Assembly: GCA_963837335.1 (NCBI GenBank)
Contig: CAWINS010000086.1
Span: forward strand, 24,114 to 88,113
Reading direction: 5' to 3'
DNA length: 64,000 bases
Origin: an uncultured Actinomycetes bacterium
GTDB taxonomy: Bacteria; Actinomycetota; Actinomycetes; Streptosporangiales; Streptosporangiaceae
Shown here: positions 19,962 through 28,731 of the stretch, one piece after another
Position numbering within the stretch: position 1 is the first letter of the stretch
Layout of the letters: each line of letters opens with the position of its first letter
Position numbers and translations under genes: made by a program
The notes under the pieces: generated by a model
What the model was told of the DNA's origin: nothing
What the model saw: only the letters and a program-made list of their open reading frames with translations
Databases searched by the model: none

Positions 19962-21080
19962 TCAGGTGACGGCTTCCCGGGGCAGGCGCAGCACCGCGCC
20001 GACGCCGTCCTGCGGGGCTCCGGAGCTGGTGGCCAGGTCTCCGGGCAGGATGTACAGCTGGGCATCGCTGGCCGACAGGCCGCGGGCCAGCGCGGCGTCG
20101 GCGCGATCCTGTACCGGGTCCTGGACGCCCCGCCCGGTCAGTTCGCCCGCGGTGGCGGCCAGCTCCATTCCCCCGGGCCCGATCCACGCGGTCAGGGCCG
20201 ACTCGGGGTGATCGACGAGCACCAGCTCGGCGGCGCCGCCGTCGCGCAGCGCGGTCATGGCCGCGGCCAGCCCCTGGACACCGTGATCATGAGCTAGCTG
20301 AGTGCGCCAGTGCTCGAAGCGCTCCTGGCTGCGCTGGGCTACGTGCTGGGCTACCGCCTCATCGGCGGCGCGGGCCACCTCGCCGCTGTCCGCGCTGACC
20401 TCCCGGTCGATGATCACCGTGATGGCGGCGAGGTCGGTGCCGAGCTCGCGCACCAGAAGCGTCCGGGCCACCGGATCGCCGGCGACCACGATGAGCTCGG
20501 CGCCCACCTCGCGGGCCTCGGCGGTCACCCGCCCGGCGAGTTCCTTGGCGTTGGTCTTCCAGGCGTCCTCGGTGTGGCGGGCGTACCTCAGCTGGGAAGA
20601 GCCGCCGCCCTTGATCTTATGGACCGGGCGGCCCGTTCCGGTGACCTCCTCGTCGTCCTGCGCGCCGGCGGCGGTGACCGATGCGATCTCCCCGCCGTCG
20701 TGCCGGGCCATCACCCGCAGGTGCGGCACGTGCGGCCTGCGCTGCGCGAGCAGCGGCATGACATGGGGCAGCGGGGCCAGCCGGGCGATCTCGCGGCGCG
20801 GCGGGTGCGGCAGGGCCTCGGTGAGCACGACCTGGCCGCCGTGGCCGAACGCCGCCCGCCCGGGTGCGCGCCGGCTGGCGTCGGTCATCACGGTGGCCAG
20901 TGCGTCCAGCGTGGGGTGGTCGGCCCCGGCGCTGGCCAGCCGCTCACGCGCGGAACGCCAGCGCAGGTCGACGGCGCCGGTGGCGTCCTCGGAATCCCGC
21001 GAGGTATCCAGGTACACCGACACGTAGCCGCCGAAGTGCTCATACAGCGGCCGCAGGAACTGCAGGTCCATCACGATCAC
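19962..21080 (-). CDS. eRF1-like / Vms1-Ankzf1-family putative peptidyl-tRNA hydrolase (Rv2629-like)
   Basis: 372 aa. The loop HKIKGGGSSQLRYARHTED parallels the eRF1 loop GRGGQSALRFARLR, but has GxxQ (GSSQ) where eRF1 has GGQ. Confidence 0.7.
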   Translation of the reverse strand: MIVMDLQFLRPLYEHFGGYVSVYLDTSRDSEDATGAVDLRWRSARERLASAGADHPTLDALATVMTDASRRAPGRAAFGHGGQVVLTEALPHPPRREIARLAPLPHVMPLLAQRRPHVPHLRVMARHDGGEIASVTAAGAQDDEEVTGTGRPVHKIKGGGSSQLRYARHTEDAWKTNAKELAGRVTAEAREVGAELIVVAGDPVARTLLVRELGTDLAAITVIIDREVSADSGEVARAADEAVAQHVAQRSQERFEHWRTQLAHDHGVQGLAAAMTALRDGGAAELVLVDHPESALTAWIGPGGMELAATAGELTGRGVQDPVQDRADAALARGLSASDAQLYILPGDLATSSGAPQDGVGAVLRLPREAVT

Positions 21081-21122
21081 CCCGGTATCTAGGCGTCTTC
21101 TGCCTAGAGGTACTTCCCCCGG

Positions 21123-21181
21123 AACCGCTCCTTTCCCCCTGAATCACTCTTCCCCCTTGAACCGCTTTCCCTGAACCGCTG
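21123..21181. promoter_or_regulatory. Three copies of GAACCGCT in the divergent intergenic region
   Basis: gaaccgct occurs at 21123-21130, 21160-21167 and 21174-21181 in a pyrimidine-rich stretch between the divergent genes at 19962-21080 (-) and 21216-23117 (+). A ctaggc-N7-gcctag palindrome lies at 21090-21108. Confidence 0.2.
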
Positions 21182-21215
21182 CTCCCTGAGCCGTGGGCCG
21201 CCCGGAGGCGGTTGA

Positions 21216-23117
21216 ATGATCTCTGTCCGGGTCCGGACGTTTGCATCTGGTGCCGCCGGACCGGGTTTGATATACCAAGGCGTCTGTAGCTCGTCGCCTG
21301 CCGGGGCGGAAAGGCGGTGCGGGCTGTTGCCCGAGGAGCGGAGCCGTGTCACCGGCGCTGACGTGGGGCACCCTGATCCCGAGAACGGCACGGGTCCCGC
21401 GCAGCGTCCAGGGGTGTTGCCTGGCTGGGCGGAGAAGCTGCGTGACATCCAGTCGATCACTGACGCCGCGCTGTCCGCGCTCGATCCCCAGGCTCTGCTG
21501 GAGGCGCTCGTCGCCCGGGTGAAAGACGCCCTGCAAGCCGATACCGCCGCGGTGCTGCTGCTGGACGCGCCCTCCGGGCAGCTGGTCGCGACGGCCGCGA
21601 GCGGGCTCGAAGAAGAAGTGCGGCAAGGGGTCCGGATCCCGCTCGGCCGGGGTTTCGCCGGGCGGATCGCGGCCGAAGACCATCCGGTGATCCTGGCTGA
21701 GGTTGATCACACCAAGGTGGTCAACCCCATCCTGCTCGACAAGGGCATCCGGTCCCTCATGGGTGCTCCGCTGCGGGCCGGGGGAGTCGTCATCGGTGTC
21801 CTGCACGTGGGGACGCTCAGTCCCCGCGCCTTCACCCAAGATGACTCGGACCTGCTGCAGGTAGCGGCGGATCGGGCCGCACTGGCGGTTCAGACCCTGA
21901 ACGCCCAGATGGACCGGGCCGCCGCCGCGGCGCTGCAGCACAGCCTGCTGCCCACGGCCCTCCCCGCGGTCCCAGGGCTGGAAATGGCGGCGCGTTACGT
22001 CCCTGGCAGCGGCCACGTCGGCGGCGACTGGTATGACGTATTCCTTCTTCCTTCGGGCGAGGTGTGCGTCGTGATCGGGGACGTGGCCGGCACCGGGCTG
22101 AAAGCGGCGGTGATCATGGGACGCATGCGCAGCGCGCTGCGGGCCTACGCGCTGCAGACCAGCGACCCGGCCGAGGTCCTGGACCGCCTCGACCACAAGA
22201 TGCGGCATTTCGAGCCGCAGGCGATGGCCACCGTGCTGTACGCGGTGTTCACTCCCGCCCTGGACCAGGTGAACATCTCCTGTTCCGGCCATCTGCCCCC
22301 GCTGATTACCGTCCCGGGCCAGCCCACCATCCCGGTCGAGGTCTTCCCCGATCTGCTCATCGGCGTGCCGGGCACGGCCCCCCGGCGAGCGAAGACGGTG
22401 ACGGTGCCTGCAGGCGGGCTCCTGTGCTTTTACACCGATGGGCTCGTCGAGCGCCGGGACCGGCCCATCGACGATGGAATCGCCCGGCTGTCCGCTGCCC
22501 TCACCGCCACCGAGCCCGAAATGGGCTGCGCCCTGGTCATGGGGGGGATGGCTGATTACGTCTCGCACGAGGACGATGTGGCCCTGCTCCTGCTCCGCCG
22601 CACGCCGCTCCCAGGCGGCGACCGCGCTGCCAGTGACCACGGGGCCAGTGACCACGGGGCCAGTGACCACGGGGCCAGTGACCACGGGGCCAGTGACCAC
22701 GGGGCCAGCTACCACAGGGATAGCGGCCCGGCTTTGGCCGGCGGCGGGGACCCGCGCATCCGGTGGGCCGGGCGGCACGCCGTCGTGACCATGCCGGGGG
22801 AGACCGACGTGATCAACGCTCCTGACGTGGCTGAGCTCATCTCGGCCGCGGTGGCCGGATCGCCCGAGGTGATCACCGCTGACCTGACCGCCACGGTGTT
22901 CTGCGATTCGGCGGGAGTTGAGGTGCTGGCCCGCGCCCGCGATATGGCCGCCGCGCGCGGCGCGGAGTTCCGCCTGGCCCTCGGCGGATCCCCGGTGGCC
23001 CGGATCCTCCAGCTCACCGGGCTGGATGAGGTCATGCCGCTCTATCGTGATGTGCCGGATTCGCTGGCCACGCCTCCGGGCCGGACGGGCCACGCGCCCG
23101 GTCCCTGGCGGGGCTGA
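21216..23117 (+). CDS. GAF + PP2C (SpoIIE/RsbU-type) phosphatase + (ASDHG)n linker + STAS domain fusion
   Basis: 633-aa ORF. The start is uncertain and GTG ~21362 is also possible. GAF has RGFAGRIAAE. PP2C has HVGGDWYDV, IGDVAGTGLKAAV and FYTDGLVE. The C-terminal STAS has VITADLTATVFCDSAGVEVL. Confidence 0.85.
   Translation: MISVRVRTFASGAAGPGLIYQGVCSSSPAGAERRCGLLPEERSRVTGADVGHPDPENGTGPAQRPGVLPGWAEKLRDIQSITDAALSALDPQALLEALVARVKDALQADTAAVLLLDAPSGQLVATAASGLEEEVRQGVRIPLGRGFAGRIAAEDHPVILAEVDHTKVVNPILLDKGIRSLMGAPLRAGGVVIGVLHVGTLSPRAFTQDDSDLLQVAADRAALAVQTLNAQMDRAAAAALQHSLLPTALPAVPGLEMAARYVPGSGHVGGDWYDVFLLPSGEVCVVIGDVAGTGLKAAVIMGRMRSALRAYALQTSDPAEVLDRLDHKMRHFEPQAMATVLYAVFTPALDQVNISCSGHLPPLITVPGQPTIPVEVFPDLLIGVPGTAPRRAKTVTVPAGGLLCFYTDGLVERRDRPIDDGIARLSAALTATEPEMGCALVMGGMADYVSHEDDVALLLLRRTPLPGGDRAASDHGASDHGASDHGASDHGASDHGASYHRDSGPALAGGGDPRIRWAGRHAVVTMPGETDVINAPDVAELISAAVAGSPEVITADLTATVFCDSAGVEVLARARDMAAARGAEFRLALGGSPVARILQLTGLDEVMPLYRDVPDSLATPPGRTGHAPGPWRG
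22629..22718 (+). repeat. 15-bp in-frame tandem repeat, 5 perfect + 1 degenerate copy, encoding (ASDHG)5-ASYHR
   Basis: The unit gccagtgaccacggg is repeated at 22629, 22644, 22659, 22674 and 22689, with a degenerate copy at 22704. Confidence 0.9.
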
Positions 23118-23211
23118 CCCGCCGGAAAGACGCCGGGAAACACCGACATAGGGCTGTCGCGGTGATCTAGCAGGCTGGCGCTAGAAGTTCGCCACCCTGA
23201 CGGCGGAAACC

Positions 23212-23350
23212 ATGCCTGCACCCGCAGCCAGCAGCGTCCCCTGGTTCGAGATCGGTGCCCCGGACGTCAACGCGGCCAAGGCCTTTTACCGCCTCCTGTT
23301 CGGCTGGTCGTTCATGCCTGACGGCGCCTACACCCTCATCACCGCCCCCG
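23212..23350 (+). pseudogene. N-terminal fragment of a VOC/glyoxalase-family protein
   Basis: VPWFEIGAPDVNAAKAFYRLLFGWSF..DGAYTLITAPG is a typical VOC N-terminus. The rest of the ORF is the antisense of the convergent GT9 gene, so only ~45 residues are credible. Confidence 0.45.
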
Positions 23351-24370
23351 GGGCGGACCCGCCCGTCCGGCGGCGCGGGTGGCGCTCCGATTCGGCCGCG
23401 CGGCCGCCAGGGCCCGCCCCGTGGCGTTGAGCACGTCGCTGACCGGGATGGCGGCCAGGGCCGGGTCGGTGCGGCAGCCGTGCGGGTCGCCCCGGTAACC
23501 GTCGCCGCCGGCCCACAGCACCTGGTGGCGCGGGTGCTGGGGCGGCCCCCATTCCGCCGGCGGCACCGGGCCGAACAGGACGACCGAGGGCCGTGCATAG
23601 GCGGTAGCCAGGTGGGCCAGGCCGGTGTCGCCGGAAATGACCAGGCGCGCCGCGGCCGTGAGCGTGGCCAGGGTGGCCAGCGAGGTCCGGCCAGCCAGGA
23701 CCGACCGGGCGGGCAGACCTGCCCGCCGGGCCACGTCCAGGGCCAGCGGGCGCTCGGCCGTCGATCCGGTGATCACGACCTGATGGCCGAGGAGGACGAG
23801 CTCCGCGGCCACGGCCGCGAATCGCCCTGGGGGCCAGCGCCGGCTAGGTGCGGCCGCCCCGGGATGAACGAGCGTGAGCCCGGCCCCGCCCGGCCCCGGC
23901 GGCAGCAGCGCGGCCGCGGCAGGAAGCGCCGTGCCCGGCACCGCCGTGAGCCGGAGGTCGGCGGGAGGGGCGGGGATGCCGGATTCCGAGCAGAGTCGGC
24001 ACCAGCGGGCCACCTCGTGCTCACCGGCACGCCACATCGGCCCCTCGAAACCGCCCCCGTGAGGGCCCCCGAAGGTGATCAGCCAGTTTGGCTGGAGCGT
24101 CGCGAGCAGCCGGTGGCTGGCTGGGCCGCGACCGTGCAGGTCGATGGCGACGTCCGGAGCCGGGCCGGTCCACCCGACCGGCTCGAGTTCCCTGGCGGGA
24201 AGCAGTTCGTCGATGGCGCCGGTCAGCGGGACCAGGTCAGCCAGCGCACCCGGCGCGGCTAGCACGATCCGGTGCCGGGGGAAGGCACGCCGGACCGCCC
24301 GGTAGGCGGGCACCCCGGTCAGGAAGTCACCCAGACCCAAGGCGCGCAGCAGGAGCACCCGGCTAGTCAC
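23339..24370 (-). CDS. Glycosyltransferase family 9 (heptosyltransferase-like)
   Basis: 343 aa with LLLRALGLGDFLTGVPAYRAV and ISGDTGLAHLATAYARPSVVLFGP. The GTG start overlaps the hldE stop (GTGA at 24367-24370). Confidence 0.85.
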   Translation of the reverse strand: MTSRVLLLRALGLGDFLTGVPAYRAVRRAFPRHRIVLAAPGALADLVPLTGAIDELLPARELEPVGWTGPAPDVAIDLHGRGPASHRLLATLQPNWLITFGGPHGGGFEGPMWRAGEHEVARWCRLCSESGIPAPPADLRLTAVPGTALPAAAALLPPGPGGAGLTLVHPGAAAPSRRWPPGRFAAVAAELVLLGHQVVITGSTAERPLALDVARRAGLPARSVLAGRTSLATLATLTAAARLVISGDTGLAHLATAYARPSVVLFGPVPPAEWGPPQHPRHQVLWAGGDGYRGDPHGCRTDPALAAIPVSDVLNATGRALAAARPNRSATRAAGRAGPPRGR

Positions 24371-25848
24371 AGCTGGTCGGCTCCCAGGGCAGCCGCCCCC
24401 GCGGCCTGCAGCCCCGTGGTGGACCGCCCAGCCAGGTAGGGAACGGTGACCGCCTGGCCTCCCCAGGTGCTCAGCAGGTCCGTCTCCGGCAGCACCTGGC
24501 CGTCGTAGTCGCCGCCTTTCACCCAGAGGTTGGGCCGCAGCCGTTGCAGTGCCGCATGGGGGGTGTCCTCCCCGAAGACCAGCACGGCATCCACGCAGCG
24601 CAACGCGGACAGCAGTGCGACCCGGTCCGCGGCCGGGTTCAGCGGGCGCCCGTCACCCTTCAGGCGGCGGACTGACTCGTCGGAGTTCAGGCACACGATC
24701 AGGCAGTCCCCCAGCGAGCGGGCCGCCTGGAGCAGGCTGACGTGCCCGGCGTGCAGGACGTCGAAGCACCCGCCGGCGGCCACCACGGTGCCGCCACCGG
24801 CATGCACCCGGGCGGCCAGCGCCACTGGGTCCGGGAGTTCCCTGCCTGTAGCGGCGGCGAGGGCGGCTCCGGGAGGGGCGGCGTGCGCCGCGGGCCCGAA
24901 CCGGAGTCGGCTCACCCCGCCTGCGGCCAGGAAGTCGGTGGCGGTCCCGGTCGCGGCCACCACTGCCTCCGACGGGAGGGCACCGTGCGCCAGCGCCACC
25001 GCGGCCGCGGCCGCGAAGCGGTCCCCGGCCCCGCAGGTGTCCCTGACCTGAACGGGCCGGGCTGGCACGATCAGCGGTACCGGGCCGCCGTGGGCGAGCA
25101 GGGTGCCGTGCGGGCCCAGGGTCACGGCCACACCGTCGGCCGCCCACTGGCGGAGCAGCCGGGCGGCGGCCTCGGCCGCCGAGTGCAGCACCGGGGCGGC
25201 CGGTGCCGGGCGGCCCGCAGGGGCTGAAGCTGCCCCGCCTGCAGGCGGGGCGTCGGGCGCAGCGCCCACACCGGCGGCCGCCAAGGCCTCGTGGTAGTTC
25301 GGGGTGGCCAGCCGGGTACCGGCTACCGGGACCGCCCCGCGCGGATGCGGGTCCCACACCAGCGGCACCCGGGCCGCGCGTCCGGCCAGCTCGGCGCGGA
25401 TGCGGTCATCGGCGGTCACGCCCCGTCCGTAGTCGGACACCAGCAGCGTGCCTGCGGAGGCGATAGCCTCGGCCGCCTCCCGGGAAGCGGGACCGGGCCG
25501 TCCCGCGGGGCCGTCCGCGCGCAGCAGCGTCTGGCCCCCCGCCCGGAACCGGGCTTTGTCCGGCAGCGGTCCCTCGAGCGGCACTGGCACCACCGTCACG
25601 TGCGGTGCCAGCAGGGCTCGCACCGTGGCGCTGGCCGGGTCGTCGCCGAACGGGGCGATCAGCACCACCGGGCCCCCGTGGCCGGCCGCGAGCAGCGCGG
25701 CGAGGGCGGCGCCGCCTGGCCGGCAGGTTTCGGTGAGACTCTCTAGCACGGGTGCGGGCGCGTCGGGGCAAAGCCGGCTCGCGGTGCCATCCACATCCCG
25801 GTCCAGCAGCGCGTCGCCGAGTACGACGAGCGGGCCTGCTTGTGTCAC
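24367..25848 (-). CDS. hldE: Bifunctional D-beta-D-heptose 7-phosphate kinase / heptose 1-phosphate adenylyltransferase
   Basis: PfkB kinase N-terminus (VVLGDALLDRDV..DTCGAGD) plus a cytidylyltransferase C-terminus (GGCFDVLHAGHVSLL). I prefer GTG 25848, which overlaps the gmhA stop (GTGA). The track start at 25881 is the alternative. Confidence 0.85.
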   Translation of the reverse strand: MTQAGPLVVLGDALLDRDVDGTASRLCPDAPAPVLESLTETCRPGGAALAALLAAGHGGPVVLIAPFGDDPASATVRALLAPHVTVVPVPLEGPLPDKARFRAGGQTLLRADGPAGRPGPASREAAEAIASAGTLLVSDYGRGVTADDRIRAELAGRAARVPLVWDPHPRGAVPVAGTRLATPNYHEALAAAGVGAAPDAPPAGGAASAPAGRPAPAAPVLHSAAEAAARLLRQWAADGVAVTLGPHGTLLAHGGPVPLIVPARPVQVRDTCGAGDRFAAAAAVALAHGALPSEAVVAATGTATDFLAAGGVSRLRFGPAAHAAPPGAALAAATGRELPDPVALAARVHAGGGTVVAAGGCFDVLHAGHVSLLQAARSLGDCLIVCLNSDESVRRLKGDGRPLNPAADRVALLSALRCVDAVLVFGEDTPHAALQRLRPNLWVKGGDYDGQVLPETDLLSTWGGQAVTVPYLAGRSTTGLQAAGAAALGADQL

Positions 25849-26534
25849 GGCGAGGTCACCTCCGCGTCGAGGGCGTCGCACAGGGCGTGGATGGCTACCA
25901 GGTGGACTTCCTGGACCGTGGCGGTGTCCGGCGCGGCCACGCAGATCACATCGTCCGCCATGGTGGCCAGGGGATTGGGTGGCGGTCCGGTCATGGCCCA
26001 GACCCGGATGCCGAGGGACCGGGCCCGGTCCGCGGCGGCCAGCACGTTCTCGCTGTGCCCGCTGGCGGACAGCACCAGGAGCGTGTCCCCGGGCCGGCCG
26101 TGCGCCGCCACCTGCCGGGCGAACGCCTCAGCCGGGCCGAAGTCATTGCCGATCGCGGTGAGGCTGGACGTCTCGGCGTGCAGCGCGATGGCGGATAGCG
26201 GGGGCCGGTCAGCCACATACCGGCCGACCAGCTCGGCGGTCAGGTGCTGGGCCTCGGCGGCGCTGCCGCCGTTCCCGGCCACCAGGAGCCGGTGCCCGGC
26301 GGTCAGCGGTGCGGCGAGCAGCCGCCCCCAGCGCCGTGCCGTCCACAAACCGGTCTCCGGGCTGCGCAGCGCCTCGATCAGCTGGTCCAGGTGCGAGGCC
26401 AGCTCGGGTTCCGCCAGCCCGGAGTCTGCGAGCTGGCCTTCAGCCAGCGCCGGCTCGGCCACCACAGAGTCGGCCACCACGGAGTCGGCCACCACGGAGT
26501 CGGCCAGACGGAGGGGCACATCGCCGGGGGTCAT
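25845..26534 (-). CDS. gmhA: Phosphoheptose isomerase (SIS domain) with an N-terminal ADSVV repeat
   Basis: Start is MTPGDVPL at 26534, with an ATGA overlap on the upstream GT4 stop. The SIS core is LLVAGNGGSAAEAQHLTAELVGRY...LLVLSASGHSENV. Confidence 0.85.
   Translation of the reverse strand: MTPGDVPLRLADSVVADSVVADSVVAEPALAEGQLADSGLAEPELASHLDQLIEALRSPETGLWTARRWGRLLAAPLTAGHRLLVAGNGGSAAEAQHLTAELVGRYVADRPPLSAIALHAETSSLTAIGNDFGPAEAFARQVAAHGRPGDTLLVLSASGHSENVLAAADRARSLGIRVWAMTGPPPNPLATMADDVICVAAPDTATVQEVHLVAIHALCDALDAEVTSP
26461..26505 (-). repeat. 15-bp in-frame tandem repeat x3 encoding (ADSVV)3
   Basis: The + strand units are accacagagtcggcc, accacggagtcggcc and accacggagtcggcc. Confidence 0.85.
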
Positions 26535-27769
26535 GGCGCACCTACCACCAGCGACCGGCAGGAACCGGTATCCCGGCCCGGTGGCACATCGGCGCCGAGT
26601 CTGTAGTAGACGCTTTCGGTCTGGGCCGCGACCCGGGGCCAGGAGTACCAGCGGCGGGCCCGGCGGGCGCCGGCGTCGCCGAACGCCGAGCGCATCGCCG
26701 GATCTGCGAGCAGCGTCCGGGCGGCCGCCGCGAGCGCGGCCGGATCGCGGGCGGGGATAAGCAGGCCGGTGGTCCCGTGCACCACGCTGTCGGTCAGGCC
26801 GCCGACCGCGCTGGCCACCACCGGCACGCCGCAGGCCATCGCCTCCAGCGGGGTGATGCCGAACGGCTCGTACCAGGGTGTGCACACCACCACGTCGGCG
26901 GACCGGATCAGGGCGGGAACCTGCGCCCGGGGGACCGCCCCGGTGAACAGCACCCGCTCAGATACCCCGTGGTCCCGCGCGATGTCCCGGAGCCGGCGGT
27001 ACTCGGGGTCCCCGCCCAGCCGGTCCCGTCCCGGGCCGCCCGCGACCACGAGTTCGGCGCCGGGCAGCTGGGGCAGCGCGTCGATGACGGTGTCGATGCC
27101 CTTGCGTTCCACCAGCCGGCCCAGCGTCAGCAGCCGGGCGGGAGAATTCCGCGGCGCCACGGCGCCGGACGGCCAGAAGGCGCCGGTGTCCACGCCGCAG
27201 GGCACCACCGAGATCTTCTCGGCGGGGATACCGAGCCGAGCCAGTTCGCGCACCTCGTCGTGGCAGGTCGCGATGACCTGCTCGCAACTCAGGCCGATAC
27301 GTCGTTCCGCGTCGATCCGGCCCGGGGGGCTGGTGTCCTTGGACCCCTGATAGCGGGCCTTCACGGCGCCGAGGGCGTGGAAGGTCTGGGCGACCGGGAT
27401 GGGCAGGCCCGCTGCGCCCTGCAGGCTGGCCAGGCCGGACATCCAGAAATGCGCATGCACCAGGTCCGGGGGCCGTCTGGCCCACTCCCGGCCCAGGCCA
27501 GCACTGAATTCCGCCATATGCGGCAGCAACTCGTCCTTGGGCAGCGATGCGGCCGGGCCGGCAGGCAGCCGGTGCACCTCAACACCGGGAGCGAGGGTCA
27601 CGACCGGCTCCGTGCCGAGGCTGGCTAGCCGGGTGTAGACGGTGATCGTATGGTCCCGTGCCGCGAGAGCCCTGGCCAGCGCGGCGACATGGACGTTCTG
27701 GCCGCCGGCGTCTTCCCCGCCGGGAGCAGCGGTGGGATCGGCATGCTCCGAGACCATGGCGATTCTCAT
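26531..27769 (-). CDS. Glycosyltransferase family 4 (GT-B, MshA-like)
   Basis: 412 aa with MRIAMVSEHADP..GGQNVHVAALARAL and FGITPLEAMACGVPVVA. It has 4-nt overlaps at both ends. Confidence 0.85.
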   Translation of the reverse strand: MRIAMVSEHADPTAAPGGEDAGGQNVHVAALARALAARDHTITVYTRLASLGTEPVVTLAPGVEVHRLPAGPAASLPKDELLPHMAEFSAGLGREWARRPPDLVHAHFWMSGLASLQGAAGLPIPVAQTFHALGAVKARYQGSKDTSPPGRIDAERRIGLSCEQVIATCHDEVRELARLGIPAEKISVVPCGVDTGAFWPSGAVAPRNSPARLLTLGRLVERKGIDTVIDALPQLPGAELVVAGGPGRDRLGGDPEYRRLRDIARDHGVSERVLFTGAVPRAQVPALIRSADVVVCTPWYEPFGITPLEAMACGVPVVASAVGGLTDSVVHGTTGLLIPARDPAALAAAARTLLADPAMRSAFGDAGARRARRWYSWPRVAAQTESVYYRLGADVPPGRDTGSCRSLVVGAP

Positions 27770-28731
27770 GCGCGCACCTCCTGCAATATCTCGTCCCAGT
27801 CGGCCAGGAACCGTTTGAGGCCGTACCGGGCACAGGCCGCTTCGCGGGCGGCCAGTCCGGCCTCCCGGGCGGCGGCCGGGTCCCGGATGAACCGGCGGGC
27901 CGCCGCGTGCAGCTCGGCCGGGTCGGTCGAGATCGCCCCGGCGGCCGGGGGAACCGCGCGGGTCGCTTCGGTGGCGGCCAGCGCCACCACCGGCATGGCC
28001 AGCTGCATGGCCTCGATGAGCGACAGCCCGAGCGAGGTCCAGCGCAGCGGGTGCACGTACACGCGGCGGCGGGCCAGCTCACCGTGCATCCGGTTCTGGG
28101 GCAGGTCCTCGAACTCGCGGCATTGCTCCTGATCCAGCTGCAGCGCGGCGGCCAGGCCGGACACCCGCATGCCGAAGACGTCGAGCGGCGCGGCCGTGGC
28201 AAAACCGGGCAGCAGGTCGGTGCCGGTCGTCCGGCCCCGGCGCACCGGATCGTTGACCACCACCGCGGCGCGGGGGATATCGCCCGTCCAGCGGGCGCCG
28301 GGATCCGGGATGCCGTGTTCCACCACGCGCACCGGCGACCGCCCGCAGTCCCAGTACACGGCGTTGAACCTGGTCACGTGGACGATGGGTATCCCCGGGG
28401 CGTCTGCCATCGGGTGCCTGGTGCTCACCGCGGGGCCAGGTGGCGCGTCGTGCTCCAGGTACACAGCCGGCAGGTCCTGGCCGGGTGTCCGCCCCAGCCA
28501 GGCGGCCGCCAGGGCCAGCTCGTCGGGACGCTGGGCCACCAGCACGTTAACCTGCTCCCCGCGGAGCTGCTCCGGTGTGATCTCAATAACGCTGGTCGGC
28601 CAGTCCCATGTCCGGGCGCGGCCGAGACCGAACGGCCCGCGATCCGGGAGCACCGGGATCAGGTATTCGTGACTGCCCTGGACGAACGACGTCGTCCAGG
28701 AACCGTGCAGATGCCAGATGAGGATTCTCAT
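27766..28731 (-). CDS. Glycosyltransferase (GT-B fold, GT4-like)
   Basis: 321 aa. The C-terminal motif is LGLSLIEAMQLAMPVVALAATE. It has ATGA overlaps at 27766-27769 and 28728-28731. Confidence 0.75.
   Translation of the reverse strand: MRILIWHLHGSWTTSFVQGSHEYLIPVLPDRGPFGLGRARTWDWPTSVIEITPEQLRGEQVNVLVAQRPDELALAAAWLGRTPGQDLPAVYLEHDAPPGPAVSTRHPMADAPGIPIVHVTRFNAVYWDCGRSPVRVVEHGIPDPGARWTGDIPRAAVVVNDPVRRGRTTGTDLLPGFATAAPLDVFGMRVSGLAAALQLDQEQCREFEDLPQNRMHGELARRRVYVHPLRWTSLGLSLIEAMQLAMPVVALAATEATRAVPPAAGAISTDPAELHAAARRFIRDPAAAREAGLAAREAACARYGLKRFLADWDEILQEVRA

Noticed and set aside
24367-25881. hldE start at GTG 25881, as in the ORF track.
   Set aside because: It would overlap gmhA by 37 nt. GTG 25848 gives the same 4-nt GTGA overlap seen at every other junction in the operon. 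The choice remains unproven.
10108-26505. The 15-bp tandem repeats considered as a possible CRISPR or other array.
   Set aside because: The units are contiguous with no spacers, are only 15 bp long, lie in frame inside coding sequences, and no cas genes are present.
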